Shown: positions 38,516 to 49,591 of the stretch, piece after piece
How the letters are laid out: every line of letters starts with the position of its first letter
How positions within the stretch are numbered: position 1 is the first letter of the stretch
IMG/VR virus record: IMGVR_UViG_3300012346_000291
Location: 2,339-66,338 of that record
Source of the DNA: a virus
Taxonomy: Duplodnaviria > Caudoviricetes
DNA: 64,000 nucleotides
Reading direction: 5' to 3' (one strand)
Made by a program: the position numbers and the translations under genes
The notes under the pieces: generated by a model
What the model was told of the DNA's origin: nothing
Databases searched by the model: none
What the model saw: only the letters and a program-made list of their open reading frames with translations

Positions 38516-39274
38516 TTACATCAATTCTAAGTTACTCTCTAACATTTTTAGAGCGTCTAGACCTTCTTTAGATGTGAAGTGCTCGACAAGCTCTGCGTAT
38601 GGGTCTGCACCAAATGGTACATTCATCATCTTCTTTTTGTTAGATGGTGTGTTAAACCAAATCTCTTTATTTTGATTCTTGAATACAAGAAGTCTTTTCT
38701 CAAAGAATATTTGTACTGTTGACTGAGTGTTTAACATCGGGTCGTCAAGTAAGTTGACAAAGTTCTCCGGCTCATTCTTGGCAAATACCAAGATGTCACG
38801 TTTCATCTCTGCTGTTGTAATTCTATCAGGACTGATGTTGAATAGGATTCTGTACACAGTTTCCATTTGGTCAACTGTAAGTTCTTTAGCGCGAATTAAG
38901 GCATCAACCTCGTAGTTGATTCTCTCTAGTTCTTTAGACGCATCCTTCTCGAGGTTAATCTCTTCAAAAGAAAGACCATTGAGTGGGTGGTAGTGTAAGA
39001 ACTGCTGCAGAACAGGGTTTGTTTTTGGGACATTTAAAAATCCATCCTCAAAGATAATTGGCTCTACAATTGCATTGCCATCTTGCTCATCTTGAAATGG
39101 GCTTTTTTGATTTACCGCGTAGCGGATTTCTCGGTTGATACCATTTGCCTCATCCCACCAAAGTAATGGGTATCGGTCAGTTCCTCTAGATGGTAAAATG
39201 AATGATAACGGAGCTGCATCATTCTTAAGCTTGTAAATTTTATTTACGCTGATTTGTTTTTGTGTTGCTTTCAT
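38516..39274 (-). CDS. Conserved head-module protein of unknown function
   Basis: 252 aa; immediately downstream of the capsid gene. Confidence 0.55.
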   Translation of the reverse strand: MKATQKQISVNKIYKLKNDAAPLSFILPSRGTDRYPLLWWDEANGINREIRYAVNQKSPFQDEQDGNAIVEPIIFEDGFLNVPKTNPVLQQFLHYHPLNGLSFEEINLEKDASKELERINYEVDALIRAKELTVDQMETVYRILFNISPDRITTAEMKRDILVFAKNEPENFVNLLDDPMLNTQSTVQIFFEKRLLVFKNQNKEIWFNTPSNKKKMMNVPFGADPYAELVEHFTSKEGLDALKMLESNLELM

Positions 39275-39304
39275 TTTATTTGATATAATTAAACTTTAAA
39301 AATA

Positions 39305-39330
39305 GGGGAGTGTCTTTGAAGACACTCCCC
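39305..39330 (-). terminator. Terminator hairpin whose core is palindrome copy 8 (39310-39325)
   Basis: GGGGA-GTGTCTTTGAAGACAC-TCCCC, then TATTTT on the - strand, 20 nt after the capsid stop. Confidence 0.75.
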
Positions 39331-39349
39331 ATTTTATTATTCCTATTGA

Positions 39350-40771
39350 TTATGCACCGTAACGGAACAAGAAGAAGTTGTTCGCACCAAGTGTACATAC
39401 AGCACGCTCAGATAAGAAGTTTACTTCCATTGCATCGAGGTCGCTAGTAGCAGCACCACCGGCAGAACCTGTAATCCAAGTCTTGTAACGACGATTCTCA
39501 GCCTCAGTAGCGCGGTAACGAACGTGTAAGAACGGACGCTTAGCGTTTTTACCAAGTACTTGGTCGTAAACAGTTGTAGAACCTGCAGGAACCAACATAC
39601 CTGTAATAGTACCTGTAGCAGCAGCACCTGTAGGAAGGCCACCACGCATTGTTGGGTCGTTAAGGTATTTCCAATCTGACTTGTAGAAGTCGTAAGAACC
39701 ACGACGGAAACCTGTGAAACCAAGGTTCAAAGCCATATCCTTATCGTTGTCAAACAAACCGTAAGAAGTACCGTTAGCACCGTAAGAGTTTTGAGATGCG
39801 AGGATGTCATCTACGTTCAAGCTGAATGCACGATTTAAGAACAATACGTTCTCTTCGATAGCACCTTGCTTGTCCAAACGTTGGATGATGGTGTCAAAGT
39901 CAGCCATGTTGGCAGGGATACCACCACCGAACACGTTACCACGAGTGTTTACTGCGTAGAATACACCTTCAGAACCTTTGTAACCAAGACCTACAGCACC
40001 TGATGCAGCGGCAGCAGGAACTGCTTCAATCATAGATGTTTCGAGGTAGTCATCAAAGCGAAGACGAGTTTCGTGCTCAGACTTCAAGTACCAAAGGTAA
40101 CCTGTAGCACCATTCTCAGTAGTTACTTCAACCCAACCAATTTGAGCCATGTCAGAACCGTTAACAGCATACTTATCCTTAAGGATGATTGGGCTGTTAG
40201 AGAAGAAATCATCGTCAGCTTCCAAAGAACCAACCATTCCGTTAGTACCTTTTTTGAACTCAGAACCATAGATGAAGATGGTAACAGTTGAGTTAATAGC
40301 AAAAGCTTGACCTGCAGCTTCGTAGTAAGCAACGTCAACAACACCTGTAGTAGTGTTAACTGCAGTTACGATAGCTTTGTTAGAAGCACCTGTAGCGTTG
40401 TCAGAAACGTTGATTGTTTGTCCGACACGGATAGCGATTGGTTTACCTGAAGCAGTTGGAATCAACACGTCGTTAACTGTGATTGTAGCTGTATCAGCAG
40501 TAATAGCTGAGTTAGCGTTACAGTTAGTGTACTTAGTGTGAAGACGACCTTGTTCAGTCCACTTAATCATATCTGAGTTAGACGGCATCTCAGCACCTAC
40601 CATTCGTAAGAATGAAGATACAGTACGATTTCCGTAACGCTCAAATTCTTTCTCGTAAGTATCAGGAAGATACTGATTCAAGAAGTCGAAGTTAGTAATG
40701 TAGTTTGTTTGCAATGCTACTTGTTGAGCATTTGGCTGCAAATTAAACCCGGGGGTTGATAAAACTGGCAT
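39350..40771 (-). CDS. Major capsid protein
   Basis: 473 aa; follows the scaffold; YLPD.YEKEFERYGNR, KWTEQGRL; followed by a strong terminator. Confidence 0.75.
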   Translation of the reverse strand: MPVLSTPGFNLQPNAQQVALQTNYITNFDFLNQYLPDTYEKEFERYGNRTVSSFLRMVGAEMPSNSDMIKWTEQGRLHTKYTNCNANSAITADTATITVNDVLIPTASGKPIAIRVGQTINVSDNATGASNKAIVTAVNTTTGVVDVAYYEAAGQAFAINSTVTIFIYGSEFKKGTNGMVGSLEADDDFFSNSPIILKDKYAVNGSDMAQIGWVEVTTENGATGYLWYLKSEHETRLRFDDYLETSMIEAVPAAAASGAVGLGYKGSEGVFYAVNTRGNVFGGGIPANMADFDTIIQRLDKQGAIEENVLFLNRAFSLNVDDILASQNSYGANGTSYGLFDNDKDMALNLGFTGFRRGSYDFYKSDWKYLNDPTMRGGLPTGAAATGTITGMLVPAGSTTVYDQVLGKNAKRPFLHVRYRATEAENRRYKTWITGSAGGAATSDLDAMEVNFLSERAVCTLGANNFFLFRYGA

Positions 40772-40793
40772 TGTTTTTTGTTTTTGTTAGTTA

Positions 40794-41885
40794 TTAATTT
40801 TTTCTACTTACAATTTTGAGCTTGCTACCCGAATCAGGGTTTACGGCTCTAATTTTCATTTCCCCATTGCCGATACTCTCGGGCGCTCTCCTCTCAGACA
40901 TATTTACATTTTTAATCTTACGACTCAAGTCATCCGTTGCATCTGCTTGGCCTTGCTCATAAAAGAACTTAGCGAAGCGCTCAGGGTTCATTGCCATTGC
41001 TAAAGACCTATGGTATCCTGCTGCGTCTTTCATCAATCCATTCTCATCCAAATACTTCGTAATGAAGCTGTATGGGTTACTCTGAATCTTTTTTATCTCC
41101 TCGCGGTCTGCAGGCAAAAAGGTGAATTTCTTGTCATCCACAGCAAAATCAAAACCTTTGAAATCACCGTTGAATAGCTCTTCAGTCTTTTGCTGAAACC
41201 ATTCGGCTTTACGCATATTATCCTCCTCGAGGCTTTTAGCTTCCGACATATATTGTTTATAAGACTCATACTCTTCTAAATCGACTTTAGGAGAAGAGCT
41301 CGTACTTGACTCAAGTGGAACTCTGTATTTCTCTTTTTGGTCGTTAAAGAATTTCTTTGCCTCATTAACAGCCTTTTTCTTTTTGAGTTTTGTCTTCTTA
41401 ACTACTGACTCATCGTCGTAGTCTTCATCGTAGAAAAACTCATCTAATAGTACATCGACGTCATCGTCATCCAATCCCTCTTGTGTAGACAAGTAGAATT
41501 TACGAAGCAAGTCGTTTTCATTCATAGAGTCGTAGTCTTTGTTCAACTCTTTAAAGTCTTCAAATCCACGTCCTGTTTCTTTTTTGTACTTAAGATAGGT
41601 CTTAACCTCCTCGTCCATATCTTCTTGCTCATCTCTCTGAGATGCCAAGTCATCAAAGGACTTGAGTTCGCGACCATATCGCTTACCTAAATATGAAAGA
41701 ACTTTATCATCATCCAACTCAGCCTCTTCAGTCTGAGCGGGTGTTGGTGTTGGTTCACCTACAACTTCTACAGGTGGCTCTTGAGTTCCTTCTAGTTGTT
41801 GTTGATGTTCATCTAATAATTGTTGTTCAACTTCTTGAACGCTTTTTGATTCGGTCGCTCCCAAATCTCTGACTTTGATTTCCAT
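40794..41885 (-). CDS. Capsid scaffolding protein
   Basis: Very acidic coiled-coil between portal and capsid; TAATTTTG box at 41905-41912. Confidence 0.6.
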   Translation of the reverse strand: MEIKVRDLGATESKSVQEVEQQLLDEHQQQLEGTQEPPVEVVGEPTPTPAQTEEAELDDDKVLSYLGKRYGRELKSFDDLASQRDEQEDMDEEVKTYLKYKKETGRGFEDFKELNKDYDSMNENDLLRKFYLSTQEGLDDDDVDVLLDEFFYDEDYDDESVVKKTKLKKKKAVNEAKKFFNDQKEKYRVPLESSTSSSPKVDLEEYESYKQYMSEAKSLEEDNMRKAEWFQQKTEELFNGDFKGFDFAVDDKKFTFLPADREEIKKIQSNPYSFITKYLDENGLMKDAAGYHRSLAMAMNPERFAKFFYEQGQADATDDLSRKIKNVNMSERRAPESIGNGEMKIRAVNPDSGSKLKIVSRKN

Positions 41886-41941
41886 TTGATTAAAATTTAC
41901 ATTACAAAATTATACATTTTTTTAATAGTATTTTTTCAATA

Positions 41942-44377
41942 CTATCTAGGCTCAAACTCAGCTAAGTCAAAACCATCCAAGCTATCCTCATTTGATTCAA
42001 AATCAATTGGAGGTAAGTTGTTCTTGCGTTGCTCAATTAGCTTTGATTGCTGACTATTCTGAATAGAGATTCTCTTATCCTTAGCCTTCTCCTTCTCATC
42101 CTCTCTCTGTTTCAGTGTCTGAGTCTCCATGCCCTTTAATTGCATCTGCATATCAAACTCAGTCTGCATTAGCTGTTGTTTGAGTACGGCCTCGTTCTTC
42201 ATCTTCTCAATCTCGAATGCAACCTCAGCTTGCTTTATTTGCATCTTAGCCTGAGTCTCTGCTTGAATTTTAGCCATAGCTGTTTCAGCTGCCATTTGCT
42301 GTGACTGTAGGTTTTGCTGAGCAACCATAGCCTGCTGTTGCATCTGAAGTCGCTCCTCTCTATCCTGCTTCTTAACTCGTTTAACCTTAAGAAGCTGATT
42401 AGCCAATTTGATATTTTTAATCTCACGGATATCAATCGCATCCTCAAGGTTAATATCGCCTTTAGATAGCGCGACTTGAATGTTCTGCTCGAGTTGTGCT
42501 TTTTCTTCTTCATCCGGTGATATTTCAATAAAGATTCCAAAATCGTAAACGTATAGGTCCTTAATCTCATTTAAGATTGACACGTTATACTTTCCGATTC
42601 TATTTGCAAAGTCTTCCTTAAAGTCTGCGTACTGTAGAATGTCAGCCACTCGGTATGTCATTGCCTCAGCTAATGAGCGGAACATAAATAAACTAGCCTC
42701 TAAGATATGGCGTGTAGCCGTATTCGAGTTAAGCGCTGCAAGTTTCTGTACTCCAACCAATGCTCTCGGGTCAGGCATAGAGCCGTCACGTGCTTCGTTA
42801 AGCCCTGTGACAGAACGTAGCATATCCATGTAATGGTTATAGTTTGCAATTAACGTCTGTAATTTTGAGGAACCTGTGCTTCCTGTAATAGCTTGGATAG
42901 GAACTCGTCCATTGTTGAACTCACCATCTTGAGTATAGCTACGTCCGATTACACTACCCGTTTGGAAGTATAGTCGTAGCGCATCCTCAGGATTGTAAGC
43001 TGCTCCCGTACCTAAATCAACCTCATTAAGACCATCAGCGTCAATGAACACACCGTCAGGAACGGTACGTGCAATAACTTGCTGCATCTTTAAGTGCGTA
43101 ATTTGAATCAAGTCAGCAAATGGAATCATTCGACGAACCAATGATTCGATTACACCCTTGTACATACGAGGTGCAATAGCTACGTAGTTTGGTATAGCGT
43201 GTTGAGATGAAGACTTAGGACGAACCATATTCTCAGACATCTCCCACTTAAGTAGAATGTTTGTACCCATGACCATTACGCCTTCGTACCAAACATCAAT
43301 TATCTTTTCAATCTTCTCGAACTTGCCCTCCTCCATCATATCTGCAGGTGGGTTGAACGTGTCGTCTTTTGCAATTACGCGAACACCACCGTTCTCCAAG
43401 AACTTTTTCTTGTAAACAACTTTCTTAGTGGTCTTATAGTTAAAGTATAGTAACGTACAAGTGTCACGGTAAAAGATGTCATTTTGGTAGTACTGAGCTA
43501 CGTTGTAGTAGTCGTACCAACTTTGGCTGTATTTTGAGATTTCATCAAGGTCCTCACGTGTAAGTGATTGGTCAATCTTTAAAAGCTCCGTAATAGGAAC
43601 TGTCTTAATCTCACCCCAATAAAAACAATCTTTAAAGTAAGGGTCTTCAGTGTAGCTATAGACCACGTTTGCAGGGTCTACGTATGACACTTGAACACCT
43701 GAACCGGGAAGGAACTCATGCTTAGCAACAGAGATGCCTAGAACCGTAAGGTCGTAGTCAAGTCTCTTACGCAAGTCCATGTACTTATTTTCCTCAAGAA
43801 TAGTATTGATAGCTTCCTCTTCAGCAATTTCTATAGCAGGCTTGTAGTTAAGCTGCATATACAATGATAGTTCCTCGTCAGTTTCAGGAAGGTCCTCAGG
43901 GTTCATAACAAATGGGTCGAATCCTGACTTCTCCTTGATTTTCATCAATGGTTCTTTTGCAATCATTTGACCCTCAAGTACATCTTGGAACTTACTTCTC
44001 TTTGCTTGAGACATTGCATCCTGTGCGTAAGCCTTAACCTTGAACATACGGTCAGACATACCATTCACAACGATGTCAACAAATTTTGGCAAGATTGGGA
44101 CGGGAGTCCAATCTAAGTTTAAGTATGACAGGTCACCATCAACTGAAAGTTCATTTTTATATTTAGCAACAGACTGCTCGCCACGGGCGTACAACCTTAA
44201 ACGATGGAAGTCTCTCCATTGGCTATAATATCTACATTGATTTCCGTCCTTACGAAACCACTCGTATTGGATAGCTTGCCCTATTTGGATGCCAAATTCT
44301 GCAGTGTTCTTTTCTGCGTCAGAAACAAATTGACTCGGAAATGCAGTGGAGGGTACGTTTACTTTTACTTCTTTCAT
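41942..44377 (-). CDS. Portal protein
   Basis: 811 aa after the terminase; LDWTPVPILPKFVDIVVNG; Gln-rich C-terminal coiled coil. Confidence 0.8.
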   Translation of the reverse strand: MKEVKVNVPSTAFPSQFVSDAEKNTAEFGIQIGQAIQYEWFRKDGNQCRYYSQWRDFHRLRLYARGEQSVAKYKNELSVDGDLSYLNLDWTPVPILPKFVDIVVNGMSDRMFKVKAYAQDAMSQAKRSKFQDVLEGQMIAKEPLMKIKEKSGFDPFVMNPEDLPETDEELSLYMQLNYKPAIEIAEEEAINTILEENKYMDLRKRLDYDLTVLGISVAKHEFLPGSGVQVSYVDPANVVYSYTEDPYFKDCFYWGEIKTVPITELLKIDQSLTREDLDEISKYSQSWYDYYNVAQYYQNDIFYRDTCTLLYFNYKTTKKVVYKKKFLENGGVRVIAKDDTFNPPADMMEEGKFEKIEKIIDVWYEGVMVMGTNILLKWEMSENMVRPKSSSQHAIPNYVAIAPRMYKGVIESLVRRMIPFADLIQITHLKMQQVIARTVPDGVFIDADGLNEVDLGTGAAYNPEDALRLYFQTGSVIGRSYTQDGEFNNGRVPIQAITGSTGSSKLQTLIANYNHYMDMLRSVTGLNEARDGSMPDPRALVGVQKLAALNSNTATRHILEASLFMFRSLAEAMTYRVADILQYADFKEDFANRIGKYNVSILNEIKDLYVYDFGIFIEISPDEEEKAQLEQNIQVALSKGDINLEDAIDIREIKNIKLANQLLKVKRVKKQDREERLQMQQQAMVAQQNLQSQQMAAETAMAKIQAETQAKMQIKQAEVAFEIEKMKNEAVLKQQLMQTEFDMQMQLKGMETQTLKQREDEKEKAKDKRISIQNSQQSKLIEQRKNNLPPIDFESNEDSLDGFDLAEFEPR

Positions 44378-46614
44378 TTAATAAGTTGACTTATATTCCC
44401 ATCATTACTATATCTTGCAAATTTAAGAGATATTTTTGATTCTTTTTTCTCCGGTATGTATAAGTGCTTCTGATTGGCCATAATAGCCAATCCTGAGCTA
44501 ATAGAGGCATCAAATTTAGTTCTATCGCTAATATCGAACCTAGCCCAATCGCTGAGTGTTCTAGTGAAAGGCATTGAGCCCATCTCATCAGGCTGTCTAT
44601 ATATACCCGCTGAGTCTAATCCTACGTACTTCTCGATGTAGCTCTCTATAGCTGATGCATGAGATTGCTTGACATCCTCTGAGGAGTTTGGTATACCACC
44701 TAACTCACGCTCTGTCGGTGTCAACTTAGAGTAGTGCTTGTCAGGTCTATTGATTGAGTACGGTCTGTATCCTCTGTTCTTAAAGTGGTAGAGCAAACGA
44801 GGTTTGTTGTTCTCAATAAGAATTGGCATACCGTAAAATACGCACGCCATCAAAACCTCTTCAAAGAATATCTCTGCTGTTTGAGGTCTAGCAATGTACT
44901 CCAAAAAGAACTCATTTGTAGGACCCTCATCCATGTGGAACTTAGTCATTCCATGCAGTGAGCCGTTTGAGCCTCTACCGCCAACAACTGCCGATATGTC
45001 ATAGGGGTCACAACCAAATACCCCCATGTGCTCATTGGCAGGGTATCTAAGTCCGTTTTTCTCTATTACTCTGTTCTGCAAGTGAGCAGGAGGAACCCAA
45101 GACACCAAGAACCTGCCATTTTTGTCAGGTGAGAATACAACCTTGCTATCCTTAATACCATCTCTCCAATGGAAAGACCCACGTGTTAAGTAGTGCTCTG
45201 ATATTAAAGCATCGTTGTAGTCAATCTGCTGATATATCTTAGTAAGGTTAAACAATGAGGATTTACTCTCATCCCTAAATGCGTGTGACTCAGTACGAGG
45301 GAACTGACGGTAAAACTCATTAAGCGCGTCTGCGTCACCCTTAAGTGAATCAACCTCTGCCTCCCAATAGTCTATAGCTCCATTTGTAATCCAATTTCCG
45401 TCAACGCCTCTGATTTTATCAAATGGCTTTCTAAACACAGGCATACCATGGATGTCAATAAAGCCCTCCATGTTCCACTCCATAGGAATAAACAATGCGT
45501 AAAGACCTGACTTAGTCTGTCCGTTGGCATTTCTTGTCACAACCCTAGAGTCCTCATAAAGTTTTTTGTAGTTCTCACCACCCTTGCTTAGTGCATTTGA
45601 CGTAGAGCCCATCATGCACTTACCAATAATCTTTGACCCCAAACGCAAACACGTCTTGGTTACACGCCAATTGTTTAGGATGTTGTTTGGCTTTGTCCAC
45701 TTGGCAGATTCGTCATGAGCTAAGAACTTTAACTTCTCACCATCGTAAGAGTTCTCCTCTGTGTTTTTCCAGTCAATAGTGGTGTCAAGACCCGTAATCT
45801 CATTTTCATCCACGTCGTGCATATTCTTCTTTGTAATCTTAGCTGCAGGTACGCGGTACGCAAGCTCAGTCTTTGGCTTGTCCATACCATCCATTACAGG
45901 CTTGAAGAAGAACGGAAGGTTGCTGTTGATTGGCACAACCTTGTCGGTGAACATCTTCTTGGCATCCGCACCCGTCTTTGAGAGCATACCAACGCGTGAA
46001 TCCTTAGCAAGAGTTGCAATGTTGACACACTCGGATGATGACATGAATGAGAATCCCGAGCGACGTATCTTAAGGTATATCATACCAAAGCTGCGCGGGT
46101 CAGCCATACAGGCTTCCCAAAATATAAAGAAGATGCGGTTTGCCTCACGGTAGTCAGGATATCCGATGTCAATCTTAGACCACTGCAAATACATATAATG
46201 AGACCCCGTGATGTAGGTAGGCTTTCCGTTGTTCATAAACCAACAGCCTTGCTCACGGTAGTCAAACTCCTGCTCAATATAATCTACCCACCTGTTCTTA
46301 AACTCGGTAGGCATATCGTTCCATTGAAATATAGATTGAATACGAGTAAGCTCCTTTGGCATATCCATTCTCTCCCAATACTGCTCAGATGGTTTAGAGT
46401 GTCTTTGAAGACACTTTTGAGGAACCTCAGGAAGAGCAACTCTTAAACCTTGTATGTCTACTATCTCTCCAATACGTCCTGTCTTTGATATAACAACCAC
46501 GTCGTAGTCTTCGTTGTAACCATACGCCCATGACCTATCGTTATTCTTTCGAGTAAAAGCAGCCTTTGGTATAGCCTTCTCGACGACCTTATATAAACTA
46601 CTTCCCTCCTGCAC
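44374..46614 (-). CDS. terL: Terminase large subunit
   Basis: YLKIRRSGFS ATPase motif, LAHDESAKW Walker B, MGST, nuclease GCDPYD. Confidence 0.9.
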   Translation of the reverse strand: MQEGSSLYKVVEKAIPKAAFTRKNNDRSWAYGYNEDYDVVVISKTGRIGEIVDIQGLRVALPEVPQKCLQRHSKPSEQYWERMDMPKELTRIQSIFQWNDMPTEFKNRWVDYIEQEFDYREQGCWFMNNGKPTYITGSHYMYLQWSKIDIGYPDYREANRIFFIFWEACMADPRSFGMIYLKIRRSGFSFMSSSECVNIATLAKDSRVGMLSKTGADAKKMFTDKVVPINSNLPFFFKPVMDGMDKPKTELAYRVPAAKITKKNMHDVDENEITGLDTTIDWKNTEENSYDGEKLKFLAHDESAKWTKPNNILNNWRVTKTCLRLGSKIIGKCMMGSTSNALSKGGENYKKLYEDSRVVTRNANGQTKSGLYALFIPMEWNMEGFIDIHGMPVFRKPFDKIRGVDGNWITNGAIDYWEAEVDSLKGDADALNEFYRQFPRTESHAFRDESKSSLFNLTKIYQQIDYNDALISEHYLTRGSFHWRDGIKDSKVVFSPDKNGRFLVSWVPPAHLQNRVIEKNGLRYPANEHMGVFGCDPYDISAVVGGRGSNGSLHGMTKFHMDEGPTNEFFLEYIARPQTAEIFFEEVLMACVFYGMPILIENNKPRLLYHFKNRGYRPYSINRPDKHYSKLTPTERELGGIPNSSEDVKQSHASAIESYIEKYVGLDSAGIYRQPDEMGSMPFTRTLSDWARFDISDRTKFDASISSGLAIMANQKHLYIPEKKESKISLKFARYSNDGNISQLIK
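46399..46414. repeat. Dispersed palindrome, copy 9 (encodes C-L-Q-R-H)
   Basis: In the terminase N-terminal region. Confidence 0.9.
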
Positions 46615-46888
46615 GACGTTCAGCGAATCCTTGTTTAGTATCTACCTTGCTAGGGCCTTTATCTAGTAGCTCTAAGTTCTCTCGCTCTAGCTCAATGCGA
46701 TTTAGAATCTCAAACGCATCAAATATAGCAAGCTTCTTAGTAGCTGCAGCATTTTTTAATCTGTCTGCTGAAAGCTCATCCTCAGGGTCAGGCTTAATGA
46801 TTTGCTCCTTAGCAACCTTTATTAGCTGCTCAACGGCTTGCTCTCCTGCCGAGATGATTCTAAGCTTTATGTCTTTTACCTTGCTCAT
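46598..46888 (-). CDS. Possible terminase small subunit
   Basis: 96-aa helical protein overlapping the terL start. Confidence 0.4.
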   Translation of the reverse strand: MSKVKDIKLRIISAGEQAVEQLIKVAKEQIIKPDPEDELSADRLKNAAATKKLAIFDAFEILNRIELERENLELLDKGPSKVDTKQGFAERRAGGK

Positions 46889-47448
46889 AACAGAATTTTT
46901 ATGTTTTGCTCAAGCATACGATACATCTTCTTATCGTTAATAGTAAACTCATACTCAGAGTCAGGCTCAAATGAAATTAAATCACCGGGATTAATTCCTT
47001 GAGATTTTAAGTACTCATTCGGGTAACGCATTGTACCCATAAGTGGTTCTTCACTAAATGGTTTGTAAATAAAAGAATCAATCGTATCAACAGGCTCAAC
47101 AAAGCAGAATCTTCCGTTAGCCGTCCAATCACCATCCTTTTTATACATATAGAATTGGTCAAAGTCAACAAAGAACAAGTCGTCTTTAAAAAAGCTCATT
47201 CCGCTTTTCCTACGGCCCTGAACGTCGTTGTAGAACTTAAATACGTTATGGTGAACGATTAGTGTATCACCCGGCTCAATTGGACCGGTGTATCCTATAG
47301 GGGTTTCAATAACCTCAGCGTACCTGTTCGAGAATTTGAAGTCTTCTTCTGAAGTGCTAACTATTAACTCAACTCCTCCAAAGTCCCCGGTATTGCTGTA
47401 TCTCTTCCCCTCCATAGGTTTTACTATGAAGTAGAATGGGGATTTCAT
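46885..47448 (-). CDS. Tandem two-domain GroES-like protein
   Basis: Two repeats of F.VKP / F.VEP ... G ... PGD.(L/I) ... ending in hydrophobic strands. Confidence 0.55.
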   Translation of the reverse strand: MKSPFYFIVKPMEGKRYSNTGDFGGVELIVSTSEEDFKFSNRYAEVIETPIGYTGPIEPGDTLIVHHNVFKFYNDVQGRRKSGMSFFKDDLFFVDFDQFYMYKKDGDWTANGRFCFVEPVDTIDSFIYKPFSEEPLMGTMRYPNEYLKSQGINPGDLISFEPDSEYEFTINDKKMYRMLEQNIKILL

Positions 47449-47675
47449 TAATAATTTATATTATATTCAATTGCAATTGGCATGGTGTGCGTGAACTCCT
47501 TCCACAGCACAACCTCCTCTTTTTTATTTATGATGTAAATCTTGATTGAAGATTTGTCCATATCGTATCGTATTAGGTGAATCGTATTTGACCCACCCAA
47601 TATCTCTTGACCACAGATGTAGTGCATAGCGCTACCCTTGTAGTCAGGACCGATAGATATTTTTCTAATGTCCAT
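47448..47675 (-). CDS. Conserved hypothetical protein
   Basis: 75 aa; IRKISIGPDYK..AMHY. Confidence 0.65.
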   Translation of the reverse strand: MDIRKISIGPDYKGSAMHYICGQEILGGSNTIHLIRYDMDKSSIKIYIINKKEEVVLWKEFTHTMPIAIEYNINY

Positions 47676-48280
47676 TAGCTAAATTTCCAAATTTGAATTT
47701 GAGAAGACGGAACGTTTGACCAACCTCCTAGAACTGTGTGTCCGTATAATCCGCCTTGGTTTACACCCGAAGAGTCGCGCATAATTTCAAACCAAAATAT
47801 GTCTCCTGCGTTTGCTTTAAATGGAATAGTTACCTCGTAAGGAATATCGATGTTTGGAGAGTCAAGATGAAAACCCTTAGTTACACTAACTTGAACACCA
47901 TTAAGTAAAGCTCTAAACAATAATATAGAAACACCACCTGACGAACCTTGACGTTCTACAGAGCCGAAGCCATTAATCATATACAGTCCTGCTTTATTAA
48001 AAGTAACCTTACCAAAAGTGTCAATAGACACATCTGTTGAAGGGCTGCCTTGAGCAGCACCGAATGATACAACTAATGGCGTATCTAATGCTGATGGAGT
48101 CTGAGTAGCAAATGATATTCCGTTTAAAACTTGATTTGCAGTAAGATTAGCATTAGCAAGCGAAACAATACTACTAATAGTATAGTTCTTTGTAGCATCT
48201 AGGTTCCCCACCTCAGTACCAATAAGCTTGTCTGATAATGAAGGAGTTGAATCAACTGCGTATGTACTAATCTTTCCCAT
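47675..48280 (-). CDS. Structural protein with C-terminal beta-sandwich (C1q-like)
   Basis: MGKISTY..D..P...DKLIGT anchor motif; VTFNKAGLYMI. Confidence 0.5.
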   Translation of the reverse strand: MGKISTYAVDSTPSLSDKLIGTEVGNLDATKNYTISSIVSLANANLTANQVLNGISFATQTPSALDTPLVVSFGAAQGSPSTDVSIDTFGKVTFNKAGLYMINGFGSVERQGSSGGVSILLFRALLNGVQVSVTKGFHLDSPNIDIPYEVTIPFKANAGDIFWFEIMRDSSGVNQGGLYGHTVLGGWSNVPSSQIQIWKFS

Positions 48281-48283
48281 GTT

Positions 48284-48544
48284 TTATTTTTCTTTTTTGG
48301 TTACCTCACCCGTTTGCATATTAATGACAGCATCCTGTCCGTAAATAGCAATGAGTGACTTCTCTTGTTCACTAAATTGAGCTCGCAAGAAATCCATTCG
48401 CTTAAGAAGCTCGTGCTTCTCTAACTCTAAATCTCCCAAAGCAAGCTTTGCCTTGTTAAAGTCCGCTTGCATCTTTTGCAACGTCTCTAATTCTTCTGTC
48501 TTTAAAAATTTTTCTACTTTCATTTTATTAAATTTATATGACAA
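48284..48544 (-). CDS. Small coiled-coil protein
   Basis: Heptad pattern ending YG...INMQTGEV; TATCTTTG box at 48542-48549. Confidence 0.6.
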   Translation of the reverse strand: MSYKFNKMKVEKFLKTEELETLQKMQADFNKAKLALGDLELEKHELLKRMDFLRAQFSEQEKSLIAIYGQDAVINMQTGEVTKKEK

Positions 48545-48556
48545 AGATAATGAAAA

Positions 48557-49591
48557 TCAGAATATATGGGATAAACGTGCAACTTGCCCATTAATCTTAT
48601 GATGCAAAAATCCTTCAATCGCTTTGGGGGCGTGCTGATAGCCTTTGACGTGATGCCATGAGTCCGCACCCGATGGAGAGCGTAATGACTCAACGGTTAC
48701 TCCAATGTAGTCTTTTGAGAACTTATGATGCACGTGATGCGTGTACACGTATCTATGTTTTGTAGCGGCCCAATCTATTGGAAACTCCGTAGCCATCAAT
48801 AACGGAAGGTCTTGGTTCTTAGCACCATCTCCATGAGTAGTCCCAACTAGGTTTAGTCCATATCTAAATGCCTTCCTATGCGAAATTGAGCAGTCAAAAG
48901 TAATCTGTTTGCAGTCTTTAAACCACGTTCTAATAACGTCAGCAAGGAAGAAGCCATGAACATAATCGTGGTTTGAGGGATTAAAAGTAAAATGAACGTC
49001 AGCCACAGCAAGGAGCCTTTCAAGAATCTCAACATATAATTGTTTTGCTATTAAAAAATTAGAGTACCACATTCCGTCCGTATCCTGAGGAGTACCTGCC
49101 GTAGTGGTTCGTCTCGGTGTGTCAATGTGAAGGATGTCGTTACCACCAATAAAAAGTATCTTGTCGATGTTGAATCCTTTAGATTTATCTAAAATGCCTT
49201 GGACGCCTTCTAAGACGCGCTGAACTGCTATCTGATTGTTGTACGTCTCTCCGGTCTCAAAAGCATCGCATAGTTTACCTATGTGCACGTCAGCGGGGTC
49301 TATTACCAATAGATGAGATTCCTCTAAGTCATCTCTCTTTAATATCTCATACTTGGGTGTATGCGCATCAATATCCTTTAAGATAGACTCACGAATCCGC
49401 TCGTAATTCTCCTCCTCCTTCTCCTTGAAGTTTGGGTTCTTAAAGAATAATGATGATGTCTTAGATTTTATCCAACCATGCTTTACGTCTTTATCATTAA
49501 GACCTAAGTCATTGGCCTCATTTTTAATTGCTCGGTACTGAGAAACTATCTCAAACTCCTCTCGTGTAATCCTTGGACGGAATTTACTCAT
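48557..49591 (-). CDS. Calcineurin-like metallophosphoesterase
   Basis: DVHIG, GNDILH, SNHD, THG, HVHH. Confidence 0.8.
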   Translation of the reverse strand: MSKFRPRITREEFEIVSQYRAIKNEANDLGLNDKDVKHGWIKSKTSSLFFKNPNFKEKEEENYERIRESILKDIDAHTPKYEILKRDDLEESHLLVIDPADVHIGKLCDAFETGETYNNQIAVQRVLEGVQGILDKSKGFNIDKILFIGGNDILHIDTPRRTTTAGTPQDTDGMWYSNFLIAKQLYVEILERLLAVADVHFTFNPSNHDYVHGFFLADVIRTWFKDCKQITFDCSISHRKAFRYGLNLVGTTHGDGAKNQDLPLLMATEFPIDWAATKHRYVYTHHVHHKFSKDYIGVTVESLRSPSGADSWHHVKGYQHAPKAIEGFLHHKINGQVARLSHIF